Below, in pieces: positions 1 to 11,253 of a stretch of 64,000 bases of DNA; position 1 is the stretch's first letter; every line of letters starts with the position of its first letter. A model generated the notes under the pieces. It did not search any database and was not told the DNA's origin. It worked only from the letters and a program-made list of their open reading frames with translations. The translations under genes and the position numbers were made by a program. Location: NCBI GenBank assembly GCA_963827635.1, contig CAWHBV010000001.1:37737-101736 (forward strand). Reading direction: 5' to 3'. This DNA comes from an uncultured bacterium. GTDB lineage: Bacteria; Acidobacteriota; Aminicenantia; Aminicenantales; Saccharicenantaceae.

Positions 1-1
1 G

Positions 2-1708
2 GGCGTGACGACGGGGCTGGCCGCGAAGATCTACAAGCAGTACGGCGAACGGTCGATCTCGGTCGTCCGGTCGAACCCCTATCAGCTCAGCCGCGACATC
101 TTCGGCGTGGGCTTCAAGACCGCCGACCAGCTCGCCCTGAAGCTCGGCATGGACCCGGCCTCGCTCGAGCGGGTCAAGGCCTATATCCTTTATATACTCG
201 AAAAGGACAACGAGCAGGGCCACGTGTTCTCCTTCGCCGCGGACGCCGCCGCACGCGCGGTCGCCGATCTCGCTGTCGACGCCGACAAGGTCGAGACCGC
301 CCTGGCCGTGCTGGTCAAGGGCGGCAAGATCGTCGCCGAGGACGAGACGGGCGGCCGGGCCCTCTACCTGCCGTTCTTCCACCAGGCGCAGGAGGAGGTC
401 GCGCGGTCCATCCACAAGCTGGCCGGGTTCCCCTGCAAGGCCCCGGACATCGATCTCGACAGGGCCGTCGCCGCGACGGAGAAGGACCTGGGCATGGAGT
501 TCTCGCCGCTCCAGCGCCAGGCGATCCGGGAGAGCATCGAGCGCAAGATCCTGGTCATCACCGGCGGGCCCGGGACGGGCAAGACGACCATCATCCGGGG
601 CGTCGTCGACGTCTTCCGCAAGTGGGGCAAGGAGGTCCTGCTGGCCGCCCCGACGGGCCGCGCGGCGAAAAGGATCTCCGAGGCGACGGGCCAGGAGGCC
701 CGGACGATCCACCGCGTCCTCGAGTTCCAGCCCAAGAAGGGGACCTTCAAGCGCAACGAGTCCAATCCCCTCCGCGGCGAGGCCCTGGTCGTCGACGAGT
801 TCTCGATGGTCGACCTGCCGCTCATGTACCACCTCCTCAAGGCCATCCCGCCCTGGATGAGGCTGGTCCTCGTCGGCGACAAGGACCAGCTGCCCTCGGT
901 CGGACCGGGCAACCTCCTCCACGACATCATCGGCTCGGGCGCCGTCGACGTCGTCCGGCTCGACCAGATCTTCCGCCAGGAGAAGGAGAGCCTCATCGTC
1001 GTCAACGCCCACCGGATCAACCAGGGCCAGTCGATCGTCCGCGCGCCCCACGGCGACAAGGACGCCGACTTCTACTTCATGAGCCAGGAGGACCCGGACA
1101 AGGCCTTCCAGACCATCCTCAAGATGTGCTCCTCGAGCGTCCCCGACAAGCTCGGCCTCAGCCCGCTGTCGCCCCAGATCCAGGTCATCAGCCCGATGTA
1201 CAAGGGCGTCGTCGGCGTCGACAACCTCAACACCGAGCTCCAGAAGAGGCTCAATCCCGGCGGGGAGGGACTGCAGGCCGGCCCGCGCGTCTTCCGGGCC
1301 CGCGACAAGGTCATGCAGGTCCGCAACGACTACGACAAGGACGTCTTCAACGGCGACATCGGGTCCGTGGTCCACGCCGACAAGGCCAAGTACCGGCTCT
1401 ATGTCGATTTCGACGGCCGGACGGTCTGCTACGAGAAGGACGAGCTCAACGACGTCACGCTCGCCTACGCCGTCTCCGTGCACAAGGCCCAGGGCAGCGA
1501 GTACCAGGCCGTCATCATGCCCCTCGTGACCCAGCACTACATCATGCTCCAGCGCAACCTCTTCTACACCGCCCTGACCCGGGCCAAGAGGCTGAGCGTG
1601 ATCGTCGGCTCCTACCGGGCCCTCCACATCGCCATCAAGAACGACGATCCGGTCAAGCGCAACTCCCTGCTCAAGGACAAGCTCGTCCGGCTCGGCGTGA
1701 ATGGTTGA
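2..1708 (+). CDS. recD2: RecD-like (RecD2/TraA-family) ATP-dependent DNA helicase, 5'-truncated by the window edge
   Basis: Walker A 'GGPGTGKTT', 'LVVDEFSMVD', 'VLVGDKDQLPSVGPG' and the C-terminal 'AYAVSVHKAQGSEYQAVIM' motif are typical of the RecD/TraA superfamily-1 helicases. The ORF is open to nucleotide 1. Confidence 0.7.
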   Translation, partial: GVTTGLAAKIYKQYGERSISVVRSNPYQLSRDIFGVGFKTADQLALKLGMDPASLERVKAYILYILEKDNEQGHVFSFAADAAARAVADLAVDADKVETALAVLVKGGKIVAEDETGGRALYLPFFHQAQEEVARSIHKLAGFPCKAPDIDLDRAVAATEKDLGMEFSPLQRQAIRESIERKILVITGGPGTGKTTIIRGVVDVFRKWGKEVLLAAPTGRAAKRISEATGQEARTIHRVLEFQPKKGTFKRNESNPLRGEALVVDEFSMVDLPLMYHLLKAIPPWMRLVLVGDKDQLPSVGPGNLLHDIIGSGAVDVVRLDQIFRQEKESLIVVNAHRINQGQSIVRAPHGDKDADFYFMSQEDPDKAFQTILKMCSSSVPDKLGLSPLSPQIQVISPMYKGVVGVDNLNTELQKRLNPGGEGLQAGPRVFRARDKVMQVRNDYDKDVFNGDIGSVVHADKAKYRLYVDFDGRTVCYEKDELNDVTLAYAVSVHKAQGSEYQAVIMPLVTQHYIMLQRNLFYTALTRAKRLSVIVGSYRALHIAIKNDDPVKRNSLLKDKLVRLGVNG

Positions 1709-1772
1709 CTCGCCTCCTTGTTAAGTTATAATGGTCCCATTCCCTGGCCGCGAACGCACGAAAGGAGAACTC

Positions 1773-1935
1773 ATGGACAAGTATGAATGCACGGCTTGCG
1801 GTTACATCTACGATCCCGCCGTGGGCGATCCGGACAACGGCGTCCCGCCGGGAACGAAGTTCGAGAGACCTTCCCGACGGCTGGGTCTGCCCCCAGTGCG
1901 GCGTCGGCAAGGAACTCTTCTCCAAGCTCGACTGA
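1773..1935 (+). CDS. rub: Rubredoxin, interrupted by a 1-nt insertion near 1866
   Basis: RBS 'aaaggagaa' sits upstream of the ATG at 1773. The N-terminus reads '[31 protein letters not shown]' in one frame. The C-terminus reads '[22 protein letters not shown]' in the +1 frame. Two CxxC pairs equal the rubredoxin Fe site. The 163-nt span is not a multiple of 3. Confidence 0.75.
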
Positions 1936-1961
1936 TCCGGGACCGGAGCCCTCTTCCCGCT

Positions 1962-3167
1962 GTGAACATCATCATCGTCGGGGGCGGTCTGGCCGGCACC
2001 CTGGCCGCCAAGGCCCTCCGTGAGCTCGACCCGGAGGTCGGGATCGAGATCTTCGGAGAGGAGAAACAGCCCTACTACCCCCGCCCGAATCTGATCGAAT
2101 TCCTGGCCGGCCGCCTGCCCACGGAGAAGGTCTTCGCCTTCGCGGAAGGCTGGGCCGCCAAGCAGCGGATCGGGCTCCGCCTCGGCGAAACGGTCGTCCG
2201 CGTCCGGCCCGCCGACCGGACGGTCGAGACGGCGGCGGGCGAGTCCCGCCCCTACGACGCCCTGCTCCTGGCGACCGGCGCCCGGGCTTCTCTGCCCCCC
2301 GTCCCGGGGACGGAGAGGAAGGGCGTCTTCGTCCTGCGCACTCTCGACGATGCGATCGCCCTCACCGACCACCTCCGGGACCACCGGCGGACCGTCATCC
2401 TCGGCGGCGGGCTGCTCGGCCTGGAGATCGCCCGGGCGGTCCGGACGCGCGGCGCCGAGGTCCGGGTCGTCGAGTTCTTCGACCGGCTCCTGCCCCGGCA
2501 GCTCGATCCCGCCGCGGCCGCCATCCTCAAGGGCCAGTTCGAGAAGATGGGCGTCTCCGTCGTCCTCGGCGCCGTCACCCGGGAGATCTTCGGCGACGGC
2601 TCCGTCCGCGGCCTCAGGCTCGAAAGCGGGGCCTCGTTCGAGGCGGACGCGGTCGTCGTCGCCGCGGGGATCAAGCCCGAGACGTCCCTGGCCCGCGAGG
2701 CCGGTCTCACCGTCGCCAAGGGCATCGTCGTCGACGACCGCATGCGCACGTCGGACCCGGCCGTCTTCGCCGCCGGCGACGCCGCGGAACACCGGGGCCG
2801 TGTCTACGGCATCATCCCGGCGGCCTTCGAACAGGCCCGCGCGGCCGCCCGCAACATGCTCGGCCAGGACCTGGCCTACGCGGGCACGGTCCCCGCCAAC
2901 ACGCTCAAGGTCGCCGGCCTGGCCGTGACCTCGATCGGCGAGTTCGGCGCCGAGGGCCCGGGCTTCGAATCGATCGTCCGCGCCGAACCGGAACAAGGGT
3001 TGTACAAGAAGATCGTGCTGCAGGAGGGCCGCGCGGTCGGCGCCATCTGGATGGGCACGAGCAAGGGGGCTGCGGACATCGGCCGGCTCGTCACTTTCAA
3101 AAAGGACGTCGGAAGCCGCAAGCGGGACATTCTCGAAGACGCTTTCGATTTCTCGGAGATCGCATGA
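1962..3167 (+). CDS. FAD-dependent pyridine nucleotide-disulfide oxidoreductase, likely NAD(P)H:rubredoxin reductase
   Basis: GTG start at 1962. The N-terminus reads '[16 protein letters not shown]', a Rossmann GxGxxG motif. A second dinucleotide fold reads '[14 protein letters not shown]'. It sits directly downstream of rubredoxin. Confidence 0.65.
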   Translation: MNIIIVGGGLAGTLAAKALRELDPEVGIEIFGEEKQPYYPRPNLIEFLAGRLPTEKVFAFAEGWAAKQRIGLRLGETVVRVRPADRTVETAAGESRPYDALLLATGARASLPPVPGTERKGVFVLRTLDDAIALTDHLRDHRRTVILGGGLLGLEIARAVRTRGAEVRVVEFFDRLLPRQLDPAAAAILKGQFEKMGVSVVLGAVTREIFGDGSVRGLRLESGASFEADAVVVAAGIKPETSLAREAGLTVAKGIVVDDRMRTSDPAVFAAGDAAEHRGRVYGIIPAAFEQARAAARNMLGQDLAYAGTVPANTLKVAGLAVTSIGEFGAEGPGFESIVRAEPEQGLYKKIVLQEGRAVGAIWMGTSKGAADIGRLVTFKKDVGSRKRDILEDAFDFSEIA

Positions 3168-4150
3168 AGAACAAACACGCCGTCATCGCCGTCGTCGCCG
3201 TCCTGTGGCTGGCGCTCCCGGTCCGGAGCCAGGTCCAGGCCGGAGGCTACCTGTCGCTCGAGTACATCAAGGGGCAGGCCGAGAGCGCGTATCCCAAGGG
3301 GAACACGGCCAATCTCCTGGCGGGAGTGCTCGCCCAGGGCCGGGTGGGCCAGAAATTCGGCTTCGCCGTCGAGGGCCGGACCTTCGGCGTGTCCTCCTTC
3401 GGGCTGGTCGAGGCCTGGGCCGGGTTCATGCCGGCCGAGACCTTCACGGTCAAAGCCGGGCTCTTCCTCGTGCCCTTCGGGACGTGGAACCGGTCCAGCC
3501 GCCCGCATCAGACGGTCCTCGTCCGGACGCCGCTCAACCTCGAATATCTCTATCCGGAGAGCTGGCGGGATATCGGCGTCGTCGTCGAGGGACAGGTCGG
3601 CGTCCTGACCTACTCGGCCTATCTGGGCAGCGGCCTGGCCGAGGCGGAGCAGCTCGGCGGCGGGCAGCAGTTCGAGGACAACAACAGCGACTGGGCCAAG
3701 GGCGGCCGGTTGGGCCTCGTCTTCAGCGATCAGATCCGGGCCGGCGTTTCCTATTACACCGGCAAGATGGACGAGCAGGGCCTGCGCGACCTCACGCTCG
3801 AAGGCGCCGACCTGGCCTGGATCACCCCCCAATGGGAGGTCCGCGGCGAATACACCAAGGCCCTCATCGACAACCCCGAGCCGTTCGAGCGCGGCAAGTC
3901 GGAAGGCTGGAGCGTCTGGATGACGATGAGCTTGCGGAGCATCCAGCCCTTCGGGAGCTACCAGACGGTCGCGTACACGGACGCCTACCACGGCGGCGGC
4001 ATCGCCCTCGACCGCAGCCGCTGGGCCGCGGGCCTGCGCTTCGTCCTGAACGGCACGCTCTTCATCAAGGCCGAGTACGACTGGAACAAGGAGAAGGGGA
4101 CGGCCCTCAAGAACAACCAGCTCCAGGTCCAGCTCGGGCTGAGCTTCTGA
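3164..4150 (+). CDS. Hypothetical outer-membrane beta-barrel protein with a signal peptide
   Basis: The N-terminus '[23 protein letters not shown]' is signal-peptide-like. The protein has alternating amphipathic strands and a C-terminal '...QLGLSF' with terminal Phe, typical of beta-barrels. The start overlaps the upstream stop (ATGA). Confidence 0.4.
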   Translation: MKNKHAVIAVVAVLWLALPVRSQVQAGGYLSLEYIKGQAESAYPKGNTANLLAGVLAQGRVGQKFGFAVEGRTFGVSSFGLVEAWAGFMPAETFTVKAGLFLVPFGTWNRSSRPHQTVLVRTPLNLEYLYPESWRDIGVVVEGQVGVLTYSAYLGSGLAEAEQLGGGQQFEDNNSDWAKGGRLGLVFSDQIRAGVSYYTGKMDEQGLRDLTLEGADLAWITPQWEVRGEYTKALIDNPEPFERGKSEGWSVWMTMSLRSIQPFGSYQTVAYTDAYHGGGIALDRSRWAAGLRFVLNGTLFIKAEYDWNKEKGTALKNNQLQVQLGLSF

Positions 4151-5497
<1,347 letters not shown>

Positions 5498-5506
5498 GGG
5501 ACGGAC

Positions 5507-6652
5507 ATGCGACGGCGGCCGATCGAGCGCGTCGAGATCGCGAAGCGGGCCCTCGTCGGCAACATCGGGGAATTCCGGCGGCTCATCGGGCCCCGGAGGA
5601 AATTCCTGGCCGTCGTCAAGGCCAACGCCTACGGCCACGGGCTCCTCGAGGTCGCCGGGATCGCCGTCGCCGAAGGCGTCGACTGGCTCGGCGTCAACTC
5701 CGTCGAAGAGGGGACGGCGCTGCGCCGGGCCGGGATCGCGGCGCCCGTCCTCGTCCTCGGTTACGCGCCCCTCGACTCGCTCGAGGAAGCCGTCGCCGGC
5801 GACCTCCGCCTGACCGTCTACAACCGGGAGACGGTCGAGCGTCTCGCGGACCTGGCCGCCCGCCTCCGCCGGACCGTCCGCCTCCACATCAAGGTGGAGA
5901 CGGGGACCTGGCGCCAGGGTGTCGATCCCAAAGACCTGGCGGCTTTCGTCCGGGACGTCCGGCGCCGGCCGGGCCTCGCCGTCGAAGGCCTGTCCTCGCA
6001 TTTCGCCAATATCGAGGACACGACGAAACACGACTACCCCCGGCGCCAGCTCGCGGTCTACCGGTCGGCCGTCCGGGACCTCGAAGCCGGCGGTCCCCGC
6101 ATCCCGCTGAGGCACATGTCCTGCACGGCGTCGACCATCCTTTTCCCGGAGCCGGGCTTCAACCTGGCCCGGGTCGGGATCGGGCTCTACGGGCTGTGGC
6201 CGTCCAAGGAGACTTATCTCTCCTGCCTGCTCGACAGGAAGGAGCCCCTGTCGCTCGAACCCGTCCTTTCGTGGAGGACGGGGATCGCCCAGATCAAGAA
6301 AGTGCCGGCCGGTGCGGACATCGGCTACGGGTGCACCTACCGCACGACCCGGCCGACGAGGCTCGCCGTCGTGCCCGTCGGGTATTACGACGGCTACGAC
6401 CGCGGGCTGTCGAACACGGCCCACGTCCTGGTCCGGGGCCGGCGGGCCCCGGTGCGGGGGCGGGTGGCCATGGATTTCTTCATGGCCGACGTCACCGACG
6501 TGCCGGGGGTCGGGCTCGAGGACCGGGTCACGCTCCTCGGCGCGGACGGCCGCGAACGCATCACGGCCGAGGACCTGGCCGCCCTGGCCGGGACGATCAG
6601 CTACGAGATCCTCGCCCGCATCAATCCGCTCGTTCCCCGGATCGTCGTCTGA
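5507..6652 (+). CDS. alr: Alanine racemase
   Basis: 'AVVKANAYGHG' is the PLP-lysine motif. The 381-aa length matches the Alr family. Confidence 0.85.
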   Translation: MRRRPIERVEIAKRALVGNIGEFRRLIGPRRKFLAVVKANAYGHGLLEVAGIAVAEGVDWLGVNSVEEGTALRRAGIAAPVLVLGYAPLDSLEEAVAGDLRLTVYNRETVERLADLAARLRRTVRLHIKVETGTWRQGVDPKDLAAFVRDVRRRPGLAVEGLSSHFANIEDTTKHDYPRRQLAVYRSAVRDLEAGGPRIPLRHMSCTASTILFPEPGFNLARVGIGLYGLWPSKETYLSCLLDRKEPLSLEPVLSWRTGIAQIKKVPAGADIGYGCTYRTTRPTRLAVVPVGYYDGYDRGLSNTAHVLVRGRRAPVRGRVAMDFFMADVTDVPGVGLEDRVTLLGADGRERITAEDLAALAGTISYEILARINPLVPRIVV

Positions 6653-6670
6653 AAATATTTTTCTATACAC

Positions 6671-6686
6671 TACTAAAGAAGTAGTA
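6671..6686. promoter_or_regulatory. Short inverted repeat TACTA-n6-TAGTA in the AT-rich alr/DUF438 intergenic region. It is a candidate operator, with a TATGAT -10-like hexamer at 6694-6699.
   Basis: Read directly: tactaaagaagtagta, with 5-bp perfect arms. It lies 38-53 bp upstream of the 6724 start codon. Confidence 0.2.
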
Positions 6687-6723
6687 ATTGTTGTATGATG
6701 TCCGCGGAGCGTGAGGAGAGGAC

Positions 6724-8206
6724 ATGACGATCGACGCCAAAACCAAGCTCGCCGACCTGCTCAAGGCTTATCCCTTCCTGCTGGATTTCCTGGCCGGATG
6801 GTCGCCCAAGTACGACAAGCTCCGCAATCCCTTGTTGCGTAACACCGTGGGCAAGCTGGCCACGCTCGACCAGGTGGCCGCCCTGGGCGACGTCGCGCTC
6901 GGGGACCTGTTCGCCGCTATCGGCGGGGAGGTCCGCCGCGTGACGGGGGAGTCCGTGACCGGGGCGGAGGGAACTGCCGCCGGCCCCGCGCCCGCGTTCA
7001 CCGACCGGGCCGCGAAGAAGGAGGTCCTGAAGGACATCATCCGCGACCTGCACCGCGGCGGCGACGTCGACGCGCTGAAGACAGCGCTTCGCCGGCCTCG
7101 TCCGCGACGTCTCGGGCGCCGAGATCGGGGCGATGGAGCAGGAGCTCATGGCGGAGGGCCTGCCGGAGGAGGAGATCCGCAAGCTCTGCGACGTCCACGT
7201 CAAGGTCTTCGAGGAGTCCCTCGACGCCCAGCCCGCGCCGCAGGCCGCTCCCGGTCATCCGCTGCGCACCCTCGCCGACGAGAACCGGGCCCTGGAGACG
7301 CTCGTGGCCGAGACCCGGGCCGTCCTCGATCACGTCCGCAACGAGCCCGGGCATCGGGATTGGGCGGCCGACCGGGCCCGCCTCGCTTCGCTCGCCGGGT
7401 CGCTGGCCCTGATCGAGCGCCACTATCTCAAGAAGGAGAACCAGCTCTTCCCGCGGCTCGAGGCGAAGGGCGTCAGCGGACCGTCCAAGGTCATGTGGGC
7501 CATCCACGACGACATCCGGGCCCATCTCAAGGAATTCCGTCGCGTCGTCGAGATGGGGGACGCCGCTTTGGTCCTCAACACCGGCTCCTGGGTCCTGCAG
7601 GAGATCTCGGACATGATCGGCAAGGAGGAGAAGGTCCTGTTCCCGATGTGTCTCGAGATGCTGGACGACGCCGACTGGGCCAAGGTCAAGAAGGGGGAGG
7701 AGGAGATCGGCTACGCCTGGATCGCTCCCGCCCCGGCCTGGCCCGCGGCGGCGGGTCCGGCCGTTCCCGCCGCTCCGGCGGCGGACACGGGGACGGATCT
7801 CGTCCTCGACACCGGGGTCCTCACCGCCGAACAGATCGACCTGATGCTGACCCACTTGCCCGTGGACATCTCCTTCGTCGACGAGAACGACACGGTCCGC
7901 TACTACTCGGCGACGGCCGAGCGCATCTTCCCGCGCTCCCCCGGCGTCATCGGACGGAAGGTCCAGAATTGCCATCCGCCCAAGAGCGTCGACGTCGTCG
8001 AGCGCATCCTGGCGGCCTTCCGGGCCGGGGAGCGCGACGAAGCCGATTTCTGGATCGAATCGAGGGGCAAGTTCATCCACATCCGCTACCTGGCGATGAG
8101 GGACAAGCAGGGCACCTACCGGGGCACCCTCGAGGTCACCCAGGACGCGACCGCCCTCCGGGCGCTCCGGGGAGAGAGGCGTCTGCTCGATTGGGACAAG
8201 GAGTAG
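6724..8206 (+). CDS. DUF1858/DUF438 hemerythrin-like (HHE) plus PAS domain protein, with a 1-nt insertion frameshift near 7084
   Basis: The N-terminus '[53 protein letters not shown]' is DUF1858-type. After 'GDVDALK' the frame shifts to '[46 protein letters not shown]...'. HHE-like '[14 protein letters not shown]' and '[11 protein letters not shown]' follow. The C-terminal region '[16 protein letters not shown]...[12 protein letters not shown]' is PAS-like. Confidence 0.6.
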
Positions 8207-8279
8207 GCCGGGCTTGCGAGGTCCGGCCGCTCGGCGTAATATAAAGGTTCCACTTCCGGAACATGATGAGGAGTCGTCG

Positions 8280-8501
8280 ATGAAAGAAAAGATCGAAAAG
8301 GCATTGGACAAGATCCGCCCCTCGCTCCGGGCCGACGGCGGCGACGTCGAGCTCGTCGAGGTCGGCGAGAACGGCGTCGTCAAGGTCAGGCTCAAAGGGG
8401 CCTGCGGCGGCTGCCCGATGTCCCAGCTGACCCTGAAGATGGGCATCGAGCGGATCCTGAAGAAAGAGGTCCCCGAGGTCACGTCGGTCGAGGCCGTCTG
8501 A
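8280..8501 (+). CDS. NifU-like domain protein (Fe-S cluster assembly, NifU C-terminal/Nfu-type)
   Basis: '[28 protein letters not shown]...[29 protein letters not shown]' carries the characteristic CxxC of the NifU C-terminal domain. The upstream RBS is 'gaggag'. Confidence 0.75.
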   Translation: MKEKIEKALDKIRPSLRADGGDVELVEVGENGVVKVRLKGACGGCPMSQLTLKMGIERILKKEVPEVTSVEAV

Positions 8502-8553
8502 GCCCCGGGCCGTCCGTCCGCCCGGCCGGCCTGCGGCCGCTTCGGAACACGCC

Positions 8554-9735
8554 ATGAGGAAAGTCTATCTCGATCACATCGCGGCGACCCCGCTCCTCCC
8601 CGAGGTCCGGGAAGCGATGCGGCCGTACTTCGAGGAGTCCTTCGGGAATCCCCGCAGCCTGCACGCGGCCGGCCGCGAAGCCCAGGAGGCCGTCGAGTCC
8701 GCCCGCGGCGACGTCGCCGCCCTGGTCGGCTCGCGCAGCGACGAGATCTATTTCACGGCCAGCGGCACCGAGGCCAACAACTTCGCCGTCAAGGGCCTGG
8801 CCCTCGGCCAGCAGGCCAAGGGCCGCCACATCGTCGTCTCGGCCATCGAGCATGCGTCGGTCCTCAACTCGGTCAAGGCCCTGGAGCGGCTGGGCTTCAC
8901 CGCGACGCTCGTCCCCGTCGACCGGACGGGACGGGTCGATCCGGCCGACGTCGGCCGGGCCCTGACCGGGGAGACGGTCCTCGTCTCCGTCATGACGGCC
9001 AACAGCGAGGTCGGGACGATCGAGCCGATCGCCGAGATCGCCGCCCTCTGCCGGGCCCGGGGCGTCCTCGTCCACACCGACGCCGTGGCCGCGGCGGGGA
9101 CGGTCCCGCTCGACGTCAAGGCGCTCGGCGTCGACGCCCTGAGTCTCGCCGGCGACCAGTTCTACGGGCCCAAGGGCTCGGCGGCGCTCTTCGTCCGCAA
9201 GGGCGTCCGCATCCTGCCGCTCGTCGACGGCGGCATCCAGGAGGGCGGGCGCCGGGGCGGGACCGAGAACGTTCCGGCCATCGTCGGCCTGGGCGCGGCC
9301 GCCCGGCTGGCCGTCAGGGACATGGAGGCCCGCGCCGCCGCGCTCCGGCCCCTCCGGGACAGGATCCTCGAGGAGCTGCCCCGGCGGATCGAGCACGTCG
9401 TCGTGACCGGCTCCCGGACCGACCGCCTGCCCCACCACGCCAGCCTCTGCGTCGAGTTCGTCGAGGGCGAGGGCATGCTGCTGTTCCTGGACATGAACGG
9501 GATCGCGGCCTCGAGCGGGTCGGCCTGCACCTCCAAGGCGCTCAAGGCCTCGCACGTCCTCCTGGCCATGGGCTTCGACCACGCCACGTCGCAGGGATCG
9601 CTCGTCTTCAGCCTCGTCCATCCGAGCGGCGGAGAGGACGTCGACGCGCTGCTCGAGGTCTTCCCGCCGATCGTCGACCGGCTGCGGAAGATGTCGCCGC
9701 TCTACACGGCCTTCCTGAAAGAGAGAGGATCATGA
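8554..9735 (+). CDS. Cysteine desulfurase (NifS/IscS) homolog. The PLP-lysine position reads 'GDQ' instead of 'GHK'.
   Basis: Whole-length similarity to class-V aminotransferase IscS/NifS, including 'SGTEANN', 'HTDAVAAAG' and the catalytic loop 'SSGSACTS'. At the position of the 'SGHK(I/F)YGPKG' motif the sequence reads 'AGDQFYGPKG'. Confidence 0.7.
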   Translation: MRKVYLDHIAATPLLPEVREAMRPYFEESFGNPRSLHAAGREAQEAVESARGDVAALVGSRSDEIYFTASGTEANNFAVKGLALGQQAKGRHIVVSAIEHASVLNSVKALERLGFTATLVPVDRTGRVDPADVGRALTGETVLVSVMTANSEVGTIEPIAEIAALCRARGVLVHTDAVAAAGTVPLDVKALGVDALSLAGDQFYGPKGSAALFVRKGVRILPLVDGGIQEGGRRGGTENVPAIVGLGAAARLAVRDMEARAAALRPLRDRILEELPRRIEHVVVTGSRTDRLPHHASLCVEFVEGEGMLLFLDMNGIAASSGSACTSKALKASHVLLAMGFDHATSQGSLVFSLVHPSGGEDVDALLEVFPPIVDRLRKMSPLYTAFLKERGS

Positions 9736-10316
9736 TGTACAGCGACAAGGTCATGGACCATTTCGCCAATCCCCGCAACGTGGGCGTGCTCGCCGACGCC
9801 GACGGCGTCGGCCAGGTCGGCAACCCCGTCTGCGGCGACATGATGACGTTCTACATCAAGGTCGACGGCGACCGGCTCGCCGACGTCAAGTTCCAGACCT
9901 TCGGCTGCGGGGCGGCCATCGCCGTCTCCAGCATGGTCAGCGAGATGGCCAAGGGCAGGACGATCGACGAAGCCATGGCCATCACCAACGATCTCGTCGC
10001 CGAGGAGCTCGGCGGCCTGCCGAAGAACAAGATGCACTGCTCGAACCTCGGGGCGGACGCGCTCCACGAGGCCATCAAGAACTATCGGGACAGGAAGGCG
10101 GGGGTGGCCCCCGCGGCCAAGCCGGAGTCGGACGCCCACGAGCACGACGACGGCTGCGCCTGCCCCTACTGCGATTCGGCCCTCGAGGAAGAGGACAAGA
10201 AATTCTGCCGGGCCTGCCGGGTGGAGTTCGAGGAGTGCCCGGCCTGCGGCGGCATCACCAAGAAGGGCGACAAGACGTGCATCCACTGCGGCGCGCCGTT
10301 GGGGGCGAAGGGCTGA
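9732..10316 (+). CDS. iscU: IscU/NifU N-terminal-type Fe-S scaffold with a C-terminal double zinc-ribbon extension
   Basis: The core 'NPRNVG...NPVCGDMM...FQTFGCGAAIAVSSM...HCSNLGADAL' gives the three scaffold Cys and the His. It is followed by about 60 aa holding CxxC x4: 'CACPYCDS...CRACR...CPACGG...CIHCGAPL'. Confidence 0.75.
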   Translation: MMYSDKVMDHFANPRNVGVLADADGVGQVGNPVCGDMMTFYIKVDGDRLADVKFQTFGCGAAIAVSSMVSEMAKGRTIDEAMAITNDLVAEELGGLPKNKMHCSNLGADALHEAIKNYRDRKAGVAPAAKPESDAHEHDDGCACPYCDSALEEEDKKFCRACRVEFEECPACGGITKKGDKTCIHCGAPLGAKG

Positions 10317-10317
10317 G

Positions 10318-11227
10318 ATGACGACGGAAGAGGTCCTGTCGCGGATCGCCGACCTGAAGGAACGGAAGAACGCCGTCATCCTGGCCCACAACTACCAGAT
10401 CCCCGAGGTCCAGGACGCGGCCGACTTCGTCGGCGACTCGCTCGAGCTCAGCCGGAAGGCGGCCGGCCTCGACGCCGCCACGATCGTCTTCTGCGGCGTC
10501 CAGTTCATGGCCGAGACCGCCGCCATCCTCGCGCCGGGCCGGACCGTGCTCCTGCCCGAGATCGAGGCGGGCTGTCCCATGGCCGACATGATCAACGGCC
10601 GCGAACTGCGCGCCTGGAAGGACAGCCATCCCGGGCTCAAGGTCGTCTGCTACGTCAACACGAGCGCCGAGGTCAAGGCGGAGAGCGACATCTGCTGCAC
10701 CTCCGGCAACGCCCTGGCCGTCGTCCGGTCCCTGGGCGTCGCGAAAGCCCTGTTCGTCCCCGACAGGAACCTGGCCGCCTACGTCGCCCGGGAGACGGGC
10801 GTCGAGCTCATCGCCTGGGACGGCTACTGCCACGTCCACAACCGGTTCACGCCGAAGGACGTCCGCGACGCCCGGGCCCTCCATCCGGGGGCCGAGGTCT
10901 GGGTCCATCCCGAATGCCCGCTGGAGGTCATCGACGCCGCCGACCGGGTCCTGTCGACGGGCAAGATGGTCCTCGAAGCCCGGACCACGAAGCGGCCGGA
11001 GATCGTCATCGGCACCGAGAAGGGCATCCTCTACCGCCTGGCGAAGGAGAATCGCCGCGACCGCGTTCTTCCCGATGAGAGAGACCGCGCTCTGCCCCCA
11101 CATGAAGATGACGACCCTGGCCAAGGTCCTGCGGGCCCTGGAGACGGACACCTACCGGATCGAAGTCCCCAAAGACATCGCCGACCGGGCCCGCGGATCC
11201 ATCGAGGCCATGCTCAGGATTTTCTGA
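10318..11227 (+). CDS. nadA: Quinolinate synthase A, with a 1-nt indel frameshift near 11055
   Basis: 'ILAHNYQ', 'CYVNTSAEVKA' and 'IGTEKGILYRLAKEN' are NadA motifs. The conserved C-terminus 'ALCPHMKMTTLAKVLRALETDTYRIEVPKDIADRARGSIEAMLRIF*' sits in the +1 frame. Confidence 0.85.
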
Positions 11228-11253
11228 ATCATAAACCAAGAGGAGATCGCCGC

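Noticed and set aside
1866-1867. Programmed ribosomal frameshifting as the explanation for interrupted genes.
   Set aside because: Far too many genes are affected, including ones with no known recoding. The sites are short homopolymers without slippery-heptamer or stimulatory-structure context.
1787-2023. Short ORFs overlapping rubredoxin (1787..2023 + and 1808..2011 -) and many similar 60-120 aa ORFs throughout.
   Set aside because: They are frame-shifted shadows of the real genes. None shows any recognisable motif.
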